In this document: positions 50,347 to 60,779 of the stretch, piece after piece
Numbering within the stretch: position 1 is the stretch's first letter
How the letters are laid out: every line of letters starts with the position of its first letter
From: Tetramitus jugosus
Lineage: Eukaryota > Protista > Heterolobosea
DNA: 64,000 bases
Direction of reading: 5' to 3'
NCBI GenBank assembly: GCA_937625935.1
Contig: OW569394.1
Location: forward strand, 124,001-188,000
Translations under genes and position numbers: made by a program
The notes under the pieces: generated by a model
What the model was told of the DNA's origin: nothing
Databases searched by the model: none
Seen by the model: the letters and a program-made list of their open reading frames with translations, nothing else

Positions 50347-51075
50347 GTTGGAACTGAGGAGAGCATTCATTATGAGAGATGAGTTTTTTGGACGTCAATG
50401 ACGATACTGATATTATTGGTTGATTTTTTCTCTGCGAGGACAATTTTCGAGCACAGAGCCCAGCGACCCACACCAGCTCGTTTGCCACGCAAGCGATCCC
50501 CGAGCGAGATACAACTGTAGATCTCCTATCGGAAAAAATTGAGCCGGCCGCCGCTTCGCCTGTTGTAGTTTCTCAACGGGCCAGAAATGGGAAATGGTTG
50601 GTCCCTGCGACCGATTACAGACATTCCATTGGTAATACTGTATGCAGGTTCACAAAAGAATGTTCTTTCCGAAAAATGCCTGGAGAGGACGTCATGCCAA
50701 GAATATGGTGCTCTGTTGTTGCTTTTTTTTCATCGCAACTTTCATGTCGCAAACGCAAGCAAAAACAAACATAACAACAAACGTGTGTGAAAAATGAGAA
50801 AACTGCTCACACAACGACGAAGATGAACAAAGGTATGTTTTTCACGGGAGAAGATTAACAAGCTTTTTGGATGTGAAGAAACAAAAATCACCAACAATAA
50901 AATTTGCTCTCCCATCCACCATTTGCAGCACTGTCAACTTGCGCAAAAAAACAACATCTACCCCCAAAAAACAGATTTCTTTGTGTGGGCTGTTTGTGAA
51001 AGTTTTTTATTGGCTTATTTCTAAGAATTTTTTTCTGGCTTCAGTTAGTTGTGATGTGTGCAATTATCGTGTCAG

Positions 51076-54000
51076 TTAGTTGTACATGGAATCGAACCGT
51101 TGTTCAATTTCGTCAGTTGGAGCTCTAACTTGTTTCTTTGGCTCAAATTTTGACTTGTTCGTGCTCAATAGCTTGAAAAAGATGATGGCAGCAGTTCCAA
51201 CCGCAAGTAATGTGATGATGACCACTACGGTAAAACAAGCCAGCACAATGAGAACAATTGCATATGTTTTCAAGCCTTGATTTCTTCTCTGGATGGAACA
51301 TCCACAAGGATTGGAACAAATGTCGCCACTTTCTGTGATCACAGACTCCGAAGATTGAATATAGTCCAATGAAACAGTGTGACTCACTGGCTGAGAACAA
51401 ATGCATTGAACCAATGTGTCATTGCTGTTCTTTGATGTTGTTTGTGTTCGACACACTTTTGCATCTTGCAACCATTGTTTGTTGTTGGTATTCAAATACT
51501 TGCATGCATACTGATAGTCTTTGGTATGATTGCGAAGAGAAGATGCGAGGCTGGGAAGACTGAGAGATGATTGAGTCAATGTTGGCGAGTCTACCGACTG
51601 AATTAGTTGTTGGTTTTCTGTGAACAACTTGGTTGAGACTGTAGGAGACACTCCACTGGTGTTACACTTGTTTGAATACTGATCCGGAGGATTTGCAATC
51701 GCTTGTCCTTGCACAAATGAGACATTTCCATTCGCCAGAGTGTCACGATTGAGTACGATTTGAACATATCCAGTATTTGTGTTCGTGTTGCTTGAAGACG
51801 GATGTCTCACAAGGATTGTTGTTGTTGTGTTGGTTCCAATAGAGGTCGAATTCAACTTTGAGATCACAGTTTCAAGATTGGGGAATGAAATCTCTTGTGT
51901 TTGACCTTCAGTCATGTTCTTACGAACCTTGTCAGTCAACACAACAACCATCGATGAGAAGGATTCTCTTTGAACATTTGAACTGTTTGTTGAAATCATC
52001 ACATTGGCCAAGTTGTGAGCAACATCGATAGAGTCGATAATTTTTGAATCGTTTCTTTGAATCGAGTTGATCAAGATCAATGAAGTCTGAATGGTTGATA
52101 CCTCAGAGAGATAGTTGAATTGTTGGGAGATTGTCTTAATTGTTCCAATTTGGATGGTCGTACTCAGTTCATCACCCTTTGATTGAATAATATTGATCAA
52201 GTTGTTCAACAATTGAGAGGTTTGGTTCGATGTTAGGGCTTGAATCGATGTGACCAAAGAGTTGGTGTACGTTGTAAGTAGAGATTCAAACTCTGTTCCA
52301 TTTCTATGAGAAAGATCATTGGCTTTCTCAGTCAAAGCATTGGTCACCTTTGATGATTCTCCTTGATACACTGTGACAATGGTTGTTGATTCGGAAGTTT
52401 CACCATTCTGGAATAAGGCTTGAGCGAACAGAGTTACATTTCCAAGAACCGAGAGTGTGGTATTAAGAGTGGGATTCCTTGTGTTACTAACGAGAAATAC
52501 TCGATTGTTACTTCTATTGATATAACCAAAGCTAAACAATACATCTCCAGGATAACTAATGTTTGAATTCAGCAAAAAGTGGTCATAGAGCATGGCACCA
52601 GAGTTAGGTACGACCGCAACGTTCATTTGTGGGGTTTTTGGGATCAGCATGGAGAGTACTTTGGATGAGATGATATTTGTTGTGGTGGCAATCTGGATCG
52701 ATACGCTAGCAGTGTATTGATGATTCCTTGCTAAGTCGGCGAAAATATTTTGAATTGATTGAATAGGAGAATGGAGGGTGTAGACGCTACTATAAGTTCG
52801 TTCATCAGTTGAATTAAGATCCCTGACAGCCCAATTAACATTAGCAGTTACAAGAAGATTTCCTGAAAACGCGATTGTTACGTTCAATGCCCAATTATTT
52901 TCAAAGAGAAGGCCTTCAATTGCATTGGATTCGAACCACAGAGTCGCATTAGACTGCTCACAATACTTTCCTAAATATCCTAGATTGCAAAAACAAGTAT
53001 CATTCAGTCCACAGGAACCTCTTTGTCTACAAACAGTTCTGTCATTCGAGGAGATTCCATCGCATAGTGTATACTGACAATTGAAACCGGTGTACCCCTC
53101 ATTACAAGTGCATGTATTATTTTCCACACAACTTCCCCTGCCACTGCAAACGCTCGAGTTAGAGGAATCAAATTCAAAACACGTGATAGGAGGTAGATCC
53201 ATTACCTCCGCGATAAAGTTAAATGTGGAGTTACTGGAGAGGTTTCGATTAGAAGGAAAGATAAATGCAAGAGGCGATTCACTTCGCCCTAGCACAGAAA
53301 CGTAACCATCCTTTCCAATGGATACTTCCAAACCATTTGTAGCAAAATTGTTGTACACCATGATTACAGCATAACTTGAGTCAATTTTGTTCAGCTTCGC
53401 AACGTAGGCAGTAGACTCAGAGTTCTGACCGAATGATTGCAATGAACCTGTCAAATATATTGATTCATTCATGCCATATGCTATTCTAGGAATTCCACTT
53501 TCCATATCAAACAGAACTGCCCTATGTGAGTTGAAAATGAGGTTTGTTTTGTTGAAGTCATACCTCTCCAAAGAGCGGGCAACAGGAGATGAAACGATAG
53601 AGATATGCAATGATCCAAAATATTCTGCATCGCTTAATGATATACCGATTGGAATAGCATCATTAGAGTATGCAGTAGTGCCCAATTGAGAAAAGGTGCC
53701 GTTATTTGTTCTCAAGCTTGCAACGAAAAGAGAAGGGTCAGGTACTATTGATGGAATTGAACCAAAACCTGCATGTCCAATATCTTGACGACCTGCAACA
53801 TAAACGAGATCAGAACGGCATTTCACTGATGTAATAGTTGCATTTGAAATGGCTGAGGCCCACACACATGATCCAGAGTAATCGAATTGTGAGATGAAAC
53901 TGTTAGCACCGGGGGATGGATTCACTCGTGCACAACCAAATGGAATGGTTTGATTTATGGAACCAGCGAGATAAATAATATCTTCATTTTCAGCTGGATC

Positions 54001-54528
54001 GCAACAACTACGAGCTTCAGTTACAACAACAGAGTTAAGCAGAGGAGAATTAAGCACCTTACTCCAAAGAACGCTTCCAAATTTATCCACTTTGATAATA
54101 AGGACAAAAGGGCTCTCATCACCGCTCGTTCTACGATGAAACAGTGGAAAATCATTGGTACAGTTTGGAAACACCACAATGACACCCTTCTGATCACAAC
54201 CAGGCAAGAAAATGGGAACAAAATGAACATTTCCAGTGTCAATCTCCATCATCCAGTCATACTTTGATTGAATGGCATCATACTGGGCCAGAATGGTTTT
54301 CTTTGTGAAATTTCCAGTTGGTTCATCCTTGTTCTTGAAGGATCGATAGATGACAGATTGGCGGTCAACTTTTATTCCAGTGATTTGATAGTGGTCAGTG
54401 ACATCATCAATAATCGAAATGGTTCCAAAAGTAATGGAACCACGGGCGAAAGTAGGTGAACAAAGAGCTAGCACTAGTGCAGCTAGAACGATAAAACTCA
54501 GCTTGAGAATACCGTGAATGTGTGACAT
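51076..54528 (-). CDS. Surface protein copy A: signal, beta-propeller-like region, 2 EGF, REJ/PKD-like, GAIN/GPS-like, single TM
   Basis: REJ-like VVPNSG...FSFGY...TLNTTL; GPS-like YACKYLN...W...C...VQCICS; TM YAIVLIVLAC...; likely start MSHIHG at 54528. Confidence 0.85.
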   Translation of the reverse strand: MSHIHGILKLSFIVLAALVLALCSPTFARGSITFGTISIIDDVTDHYQITGIKVDRQSVIYRSFKNKDEPTGNFTKKTILAQYDAIQSKYDWMMEIDTGNVHFVPIFLPGCDQKGVIVVFPNCTNDFPLFHRRTSGDESPFVLIIKVDKFGSVLWSKVLNSPLLNSVVVTEARSCCDPAENEDIIYLAGSINQTIPFGCARVNPSPGANSFISQFDYSGSCVWASAISNATITSVKCRSDLVYVAGRQDIGHAGFGSIPSIVPDPSLFVASLRTNNGTFSQLGTTAYSNDAIPIGISLSDAEYFGSLHISIVSSPVARSLERYDFNKTNLIFNSHRAVLFDMESGIPRIAYGMNESIYLTGSLQSFGQNSESTAYVAKLNKIDSSYAVIMVYNNFATNGLEVSIGKDGYVSVLGRSESPLAFIFPSNRNLSSNSTFNFIAEVMDLPPITCFEFDSSNSSVCSGRGSCVENNTCTCNEGYTGFNCQYTLCDGISSNDRTVCRQRGSCGLNDTCFCNLGYLGKYCEQSNATLWFESNAIEGLLFENNWALNVTIAFSGNLLVTANVNWAVRDLNSTDERTYSSVYTLHSPIQSIQNIFADLARNHQYTASVSIQIATTTNIISSKVLSMLIPKTPQMNVAVVPNSGAMLYDHFLLNSNISYPGDVLFSFGYINRSNNRVFLVSNTRNPTLNTTLSVLGNVTLFAQALFQNGETSESTTIVTVYQGESSKVTNALTEKANDLSHRNGTEFESLLTTYTNSLVTSIQALTSNQTSQLLNNLINIIQSKGDELSTTIQIGTIKTISQQFNYLSEVSTIQTSLILINSIQRNDSKIIDSIDVAHNLANVMISTNSSNVQRESFSSMVVVLTDKVRKNMTEGQTQEISFPNLETVISKLNSTSIGTNTTTTILVRHPSSSNTNTNTGYVQIVLNRDTLANGNVSFVQGQAIANPPDQYSNKCNTSGVSPTVSTKLFTENQQLIQSVDSPTLTQSSLSLPSLASSLRNHTKDYQYACKYLNTNNKQWLQDAKVCRTQTTSKNSNDTLVQCICSQPVSHTVSLDYIQSSESVITESGDICSNPCGCSIQRRNQGLKTYAIVLIVLACFTVVVIITLLAVGTAAIIFFKLLSTNKSKFEPKKQVRAPTDEIEQRFDSMYN

Positions 54529-55431
54529 GTTTTTTGTGAGTTTGCTGCCACTTGGTGGGTGCTGCTCTGTCAACTGGTTGAAATAGTTGGGTGACCCACT
54601 CTTCAATGTCAATTCAACAGCAAAAAGGTATTTTCAAGCGCACGGATTTTCTCTATCCCTCCTCTGAAATTTGATTTCGTGGTCCCGCGGACAACTGTTG
54701 AGAACTTGATGTTGATACCCTAGAAACTGCACCCAGAACGACTCTTCCCATGGAAGTACAGTTTTGTTGAAGGTGGCCCCATAGCGTCCAAATGTAACTG
54801 ACTTCAAAAAATTGTTGAGGTTTTGGCCGACAACTGAATTCGCAACAAAGTCCGGACTTCGGAAACAGATAAGGTATTTGTTTGTCGCAGTGGTTGTTCT
54901 TGGGATGACGAACATGTCAAGCACATATGGTTGCACTTGGATAAAACGAAACGGTCACGACCATGGTAGACGACCATGCTGACTGCACTTTTCACACTCG
55001 AGCTTTGACCAGTGCTGATGGAACCACAACGGAATCTCCATTCAGTACTACGTCCATCGAGTTCGTTTTTGTCGCAGTAATAAATGAATGGCAATCTCCA
55101 CCCAAAATCGAAAATCCCCATTATCTTCATTCTCGCTAAGCAATTCCACAATGATTCCTCACCGACTTGGTCGACCGATAGAACAGATTAAAATTTATGT
55201 GTCACACAAAATCAATATTCTTGTGTCCCATTGTGAATCATCATGCCGTGGTGCAAGAACTAATCCATACAATGATCGATTGCATAGTCCCATTGAATAG
55301 GATGAATTCCTAGATGTTGTTCAATGTTCGGACCGTCATGTTCCTGAGGTAAGGTGAAAATTCGTTATTTTATATGTAAAGGAACCCAACCTTAGGTTTT
55401 CCCATGTTTCTTGTGTTGAATACTTCGTCGG

Positions 55432-58400
55432 TTAGTTGTACATGGAATCAAATCGTTGTTCAATTTCGTCAGTTGGAGCTCTGATTGAGTCCTTCAGCTC
55501 GAACTTTGAATCTTTGTTCTTCAACGTCTTGAAAATGATGATTCCAACAACAGCAACAACAAGGACAGTCGCGATGCCAACCACTGTAAAACAAGCCAAT
55601 GCAATGAGAACAATCGCATATGTTTTCAATCCATTTCTTTTGATGGAACATCCACAAGGATTGGAACAAATGTCGCCACTTTCTGTGACCACAGACTCCG
55701 AAGATTGAATATAGTCTAATGAAACAGTGTGACTCACTGGCTGAGAACAAATGCATTGAACCAATGTGTCATTGCTGTTCTTCGATGTTGTTTGTGTTCG
55801 ACACACTTTTGCATCTTGCAACCATTGTTTGCTATTGGTATTCAAATACTTGCATGCATACTGATAGTCTTTGGTATGATTGCGAAGAGAAGATGCGAGG
55901 CTGGGAAGTGTGAGAGATGATTGAGTCAATGTGGGAGAACCCACTGACTGAATTAGTTGTTGGTTTTCTGTGAACAACTTGGTTGAGACTGTAGGAGACA
56001 CTCCACTGGTGTTACACTTGTTTGAATACTGATCTGGAGGATTTGCAATCGCTTGTCCTTGCACAAATGAGACATTTCCATCCGCCAGAGTGTCACGATT
56101 GAGTACGATTTGAACATATCCAGTATTTGTGTTCGTGTTGCTTGAAGATGGATGTCTCACAAGGATTGTTGTTGTTGTGTTGGTACCAATAGAGGTCGAA
56201 TTCAACTTTGAGATCACAGTTTCAAGATTGGGGAGTGAAATCTCTTGTGTTTGACCTTCAGTCATGTTCTTGCGAACCTTGTTAGTCAATACAACAACCA
56301 TCGATGAGAAGGATTCTCTTTGAACATTTGAACTGTTTGTTGAAATCATCACATTGGCCAAGTTGTGAGCAACATCGATAGAGTCGATAATTTTTGAATC
56401 GTTTCTTTGAATCGAGTTGATCAAGATCAATGAAGTCTGAATGGTTGATGCCTCAGAGAGATAGTTGAATTGTTGGGAGATTGTCTTAATTGTTCCAATT
56501 TGCACAGCTGTACTCAGTTCACCTTGTTTCGATAGAATAATGTTGATCAAGTTGTTCAATAATTGAGAGGTTTGGTTCGATGTTAGGGCTTGAATCGATG
56601 TGACCAAAGAGTTGGTGTACGTTGTGAGTAGAGATTCAAACTCTGTTCCATTTCTATGAGAAAGATCATTGGCTCTCTCAGTCAAAGCATTGGTCACCTT
56701 TGATGATTCTCCTTGATACACTGTGACAATGGTTGTTGATTCGGAAGTTTCACCATTCTGGAATAAGGCTTGAGCGAACAGAGTTACATTTCCAAGAACC
56801 GAGAGTGTGGTATTGAGAGTGGGATTCATTGAGCTCCTAATGAGAAACACTTGATTATCGTTGTCGAAATAACCAAAGCTAAACAGCGTTCCGGGATACT
56901 CAATGTTTGAATTCAACAAAAAGTGGCCATAGATCATGGCACCCGAGTTCGGTATGACCACAAGATTCACATCTGGTGTTGTTGGGACCGACATGGAGAG
57001 TACTTTGGATGAGATGATATTTGTTGTGGCGGCAATCTGGATCGATACGCTAGCAGTGTAATGATGACTCTGTACAAAGTCGTCAACAAGCTTTTGAATT
57101 GATTGAATAGGAGAATGGAGAGTGTAGACGCTACTATAAGTGCGTTCATCAGTTGAATTAAGATCCTCGACATGCCAGTTAACAGCAACATCCACAGGAA
57201 GACTTCCAGCAAAAGCGATCGTTACGTTCAATATCCATGCATCATAAACTTGACCTTCAATGGCATTGGAGTCGAGCCAGATAATTGCATTTGACTCATC
57301 ACAAAACTGTCCCATGTATCCTTGGTTACAATACGATACTTCTGCGACGTAGTTAAATGTGAAGTTACTGGAGAGGGTTCGATTCGAAGGAAAAGTAAAT
57401 GCAAGAGGCGATTCACTTCGACCCAGCGCACAAACATAACCATCTTTTCCAATAGATATTTCCAAACCAGTTGTAGAAACATTGTTGTAAACCATGATTA
57501 TATCATGACTTGAGTCAGTTGTATTCAATTTCGCAACATAGGCAATAGATTCAGAACCCTGACCGAGTGTTAGCAATGAGCCTGTCAAGTAAATTGATTC
57601 ATTGACACCGTACGCTATTTTTTGCATTCCACTTTCTTTATCAAACAGAACTGCCCTATTCGAGTTGAAAATGAGGTTTGTTTTGTTGAAGTCGTAGCTC
57701 TCCACAGAGCGAGCAACAGGAGACGACAACATGGAGATATGCAATGACCCAAAGTAGTCTGCATCACGTAGTGATATACCGATTGGAATCGCATCATTAG
57801 AGTATGCAGTAGTGCCCAGTTGAGTAAAATTGCCATTATTTGCATTCAATGTGGCAACGAAAAGAGCAGGATCAGCTACTATCGATGGAGTTGAACCAAA
57901 GGTTGCATGTCCAACATCCTGACGACCGGCGACATAAACGAGATCAGGACGGCATTGAAGTGCTGTCACCGTGGCACTTGATATGGCTGACATCCACATA
58001 CAAGATCCGTAACTACTAGTGAATTGTGAAACAAAATTAGTGGCACCAGAGGACGGATACGCCCATTCACAAGCAGTAAGGATGGTTTGATTCGCTGAGC
58101 CAGTGAGGTAAATCAGATCTTCATTTTCATTCGGATCGCAACAACTACTGGCATCAGTTACTATTAAACCTCCAGAGTTTGGCACTGGAGAACTCACATC
58201 TCTGTTCCAACCAACTACACCGAACTCATCCACTATGAACATCAGAATAAAAGGGCTCTCATCACCGTTCGCTCTAGAATGAAACGGTGGAATATCGTTG
58301 GTACAATTTGGAAACACCACAATGACACTCTTCTGATCACAACCAGGCAAGAAAATGGGAACAAAATGAACATTTCCAGTGTCAATCTCCATCATCCAGT

Positions 58401-58674
58401 CATACTTTGATTGAATGGCATTGTACTTGGCTAGAATGGTTTTCTTTGTGAAATTTCCAGTTGGTTCATCCTTGTTCTTGAAGGATCGATAGACGGCAGA
58501 TCGGTGTCCAACTTTTATTCCAGTGATTTGATAGTGGTCAGTGACATCATCAATGATCGAAATGGTTCCAAAGGTAATGGATCCATGGGCAAAAGAGGGA
58601 AAGCAATAAACAGCTATCACAAGTGACACAAGACCGATAAAACACAGTCTGAGAATACCGTGTATGTTTGACAT
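55432..58674 (-). CDS. Surface protein copy B: tandem paralogue of copy A with an in-frame loss of most of both EGF repeats
   Basis: Collinear with copy A; AEVSYCNQGY replaces AEVMDLPPITC...CFCNLGY; likely start MSNIHG at 58674. Confidence 0.85.
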   Translation of the reverse strand: MSNIHGILRLCFIGLVSLVIAVYCFPSFAHGSITFGTISIIDDVTDHYQITGIKVGHRSAVYRSFKNKDEPTGNFTKKTILAKYNAIQSKYDWMMEIDTGNVHFVPIFLPGCDQKSVIVVFPNCTNDIPPFHSRANGDESPFILMFIVDEFGVVGWNRDVSSPVPNSGGLIVTDASSCCDPNENEDLIYLTGSANQTILTACEWAYPSSGATNFVSQFTSSYGSCMWMSAISSATVTALQCRPDLVYVAGRQDVGHATFGSTPSIVADPALFVATLNANNGNFTQLGTTAYSNDAIPIGISLRDADYFGSLHISMLSSPVARSVESYDFNKTNLIFNSNRAVLFDKESGMQKIAYGVNESIYLTGSLLTLGQGSESIAYVAKLNTTDSSHDIIMVYNNVSTTGLEISIGKDGYVCALGRSESPLAFTFPSNRTLSSNFTFNYVAEVSYCNQGYMGQFCDESNAIIWLDSNAIEGQVYDAWILNVTIAFAGSLPVDVAVNWHVEDLNSTDERTYSSVYTLHSPIQSIQKLVDDFVQSHHYTASVSIQIAATTNIISSKVLSMSVPTTPDVNLVVIPNSGAMIYGHFLLNSNIEYPGTLFSFGYFDNDNQVFLIRSSMNPTLNTTLSVLGNVTLFAQALFQNGETSESTTIVTVYQGESSKVTNALTERANDLSHRNGTEFESLLTTYTNSLVTSIQALTSNQTSQLLNNLINIILSKQGELSTAVQIGTIKTISQQFNYLSEASTIQTSLILINSIQRNDSKIIDSIDVAHNLANVMISTNSSNVQRESFSSMVVVLTNKVRKNMTEGQTQEISLPNLETVISKLNSTSIGTNTTTTILVRHPSSSNTNTNTGYVQIVLNRDTLADGNVSFVQGQAIANPPDQYSNKCNTSGVSPTVSTKLFTENQQLIQSVGSPTLTQSSLTLPSLASSLRNHTKDYQYACKYLNTNSKQWLQDAKVCRTQTTSKNSNDTLVQCICSQPVSHTVSLDYIQSSESVVTESGDICSNPCGCSIKRNGLKTYAIVLIALACFTVVGIATVLVVAVVGIIIFKTLKNKDSKFELKDSIRAPTDEIEQRFDSMYN

Positions 58675-59631
58675 GTTTTGTTCTTTGATGCTGCTTGGAG
58701 AGTGTGCAGCAGTCAACTTGAAATGTGAGTGACCTACCGTCATCCGTCACGCCACAGCGAAAAAGGTCAAAACTATCCTTGGAAAATCCGGATCCGTATG
58801 GGCCCTTTGATTCCGCGCAAGGGCAGCACCAATCGTCTGCACAACCGCATGGTTTTGTCGACGGTCAACATTGGAATTGCCAATATATCAGCATTGCATC
58901 GGATACGTATGTTGTATTTGTGGAAAACGATATGCAAGCGCAGATTGACAGAACATACGAACAAACATAAACCTCCATTGTGTCCTTGTAATTTGAAAAA
59001 AATGGCCACCACCCGAACTGCAGACGACTTCACGCCAATTTTTTGACTCAGAAACGTACTAACAATTGGCCACAGGACGTAGATGTCCACAACCAAATTC
59101 ATAGCGAAATGAATTTGCGCCAATATGTATTTACAGCTTGATAAATCAAAAGAGTGGCGATTAACGATTACTTTCGATCGAAATACAATCATTTATTCAT
59201 AAAAACACATTTTCTCAAAGATTATTTGTTGACTATGGTATCGTACACCCAATAATTTATGATTAAAACGATACACACATTCAGGGTGCAACCAGAACAG
59301 CATGTTCACCAAAAATAGCGTGTACTCGATCACACAGGCAGGAAGTTTTCCCTCTGTATCATCCTCGATTTACCTTTTTCTAACTTAAATAGAAGATATG
59401 AATTGATCATTTACTTGAGGATACATCTTACAACTGCAGAATCGATCAAACATGTCCACTCACTGCATCCCAAACTTGTAATGATGGACCATTGAGGGAA
59501 CGGCCCTCTTACTACTTTCCACACATTGGAGACGAAGTTACAAATTGGCTTGTCAAAAAATTCGTGGGATCAACCAATAATTTGAATTCTTTCCCTCTGA
59601 GCCCTTTGTGGAATCGGTTCTTATGGATGAA

Positions 59632-59672
59632 TAATAAGCCATTGGTCGCAGGTTCGATCCCTGCAACGACCA
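59632..59672 (+). pseudogene. Isolated 3' half of a tRNA gene (probably Ile-AAT)
   Basis: TAATAA-GCCAT-TGGTC-GCAGG-TTCGATC-CCTGC-AACGACC-A followed by GTTTT. The T arm is perfect. There is no D arm or GGTCGTT acceptor strand upstream. Confidence 0.75.
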
Positions 59673-59699
59673 GTTTTCTTTGTCAGTTTGTTTTTTTCT

Positions 59700-60300
59700 T
59701 CGCGCCATATATGGTGGTCAAATTACTTTTGTGATATTTGCAGATCAAGTAATAGATAAATCAGATCTGTCCTCTAATCTCGTCCTACAAATGTACGATC
59801 ATAAGAAAACTTCTGATGAAGAACAGACAAGTGGGACACTGCCTCCTTTGTATCTTCAGTTTGATAGGGAACAAAGAGGTGTGAAGAGTAGTCCAATACA
59901 TAATCAACGATCTGATGTGCTTGTATTTGGGTAGAATCCGGGCTATTCTCTAAATTTCGAATCAAGTTGTACAACACAAAATAAGTGTTAACAATGAAAG
60001 TGGGCCAAGTAATTTCTTTGCTTGTGCCCTCTGTGGAAGCGGAAAAGTTAAGTTTGGATTGAGAATCCTGTTGCACCTTCAGGTATTTGTGTCAGGGAGG
60101 AACTGGATGCTATACAAAAATATTGAGTGTGGTGAACGGAGGTATGAAGTTTATTGTTGTGGAATTTGATGGAATGTTCAAGCAAATGAAGTTAAGTGAA
60201 AGATATCCTGGTTGTGTGGATCCCATCAAGCGAATATGAAATCACCGGGATAAAAGGGCATTCCTTTCAATTACTTTACAAGGTGGGTTGGAAGAACTCA
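59700..60300 (+). mobile_element. Decayed DDE transposase-like relic (Sola/DUF7869-like) followed by a chromodomain fragment
   Basis: GTLPPLYLQFD, then after a shift LMCLYL-VESGLFSKFRIK (cf. family pattern LPxxLYLQLDN...LVExGxF). At 60204-60300: GCVDP/SSEYEITGIKGHSFQLLYKVGWKN. Confidence 0.45.
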
Positions 60301-60779
60301 GACAAACCTTTACTTTCTTTTTCTCTTATATCTTGTGGTTTTTGAGTTGAAGAAAAGAAGAGTTGGCAAAACGCTCCATCTTTAGTTTTTACATTGTCAA
60401 GGAGGTACCCACAGTGCTTTTGGGAATGTTCCGTTGATTTACAATACCACATAGATTCTTCTTCATCTTCTCCTCTCCGAATGGAGGAGGCCTATGTTGT
60501 GATTGATGATGATACATAAGATGTCATAGGGTGTTGATATCAACTGAGGGAATGGAGGTGCTGGAGATGATACTGGTGGCGGTGAATAAAAGAAGCTTGC
60601 GCCAGTGTCTCACGGTTTTGGTGGAACCCATTTTTTCAATTTTTTGTAAGGAAGACCGTTTTTCGAATAAAAACAACCTCGTCGACATGACACAAACATT
60701 TTCATCTCACGGTATGAAACAAAAATGGAGCTATGAATCGTACAACACCAACTTTGATTATGACAGGAGGAAGTTAAAC

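Noticed and set aside
59672-59760. Permuted tRNA gene (5' half downstream of 3' half)
   Set aside because: A T-run follows directly and no 5' half is present downstream.
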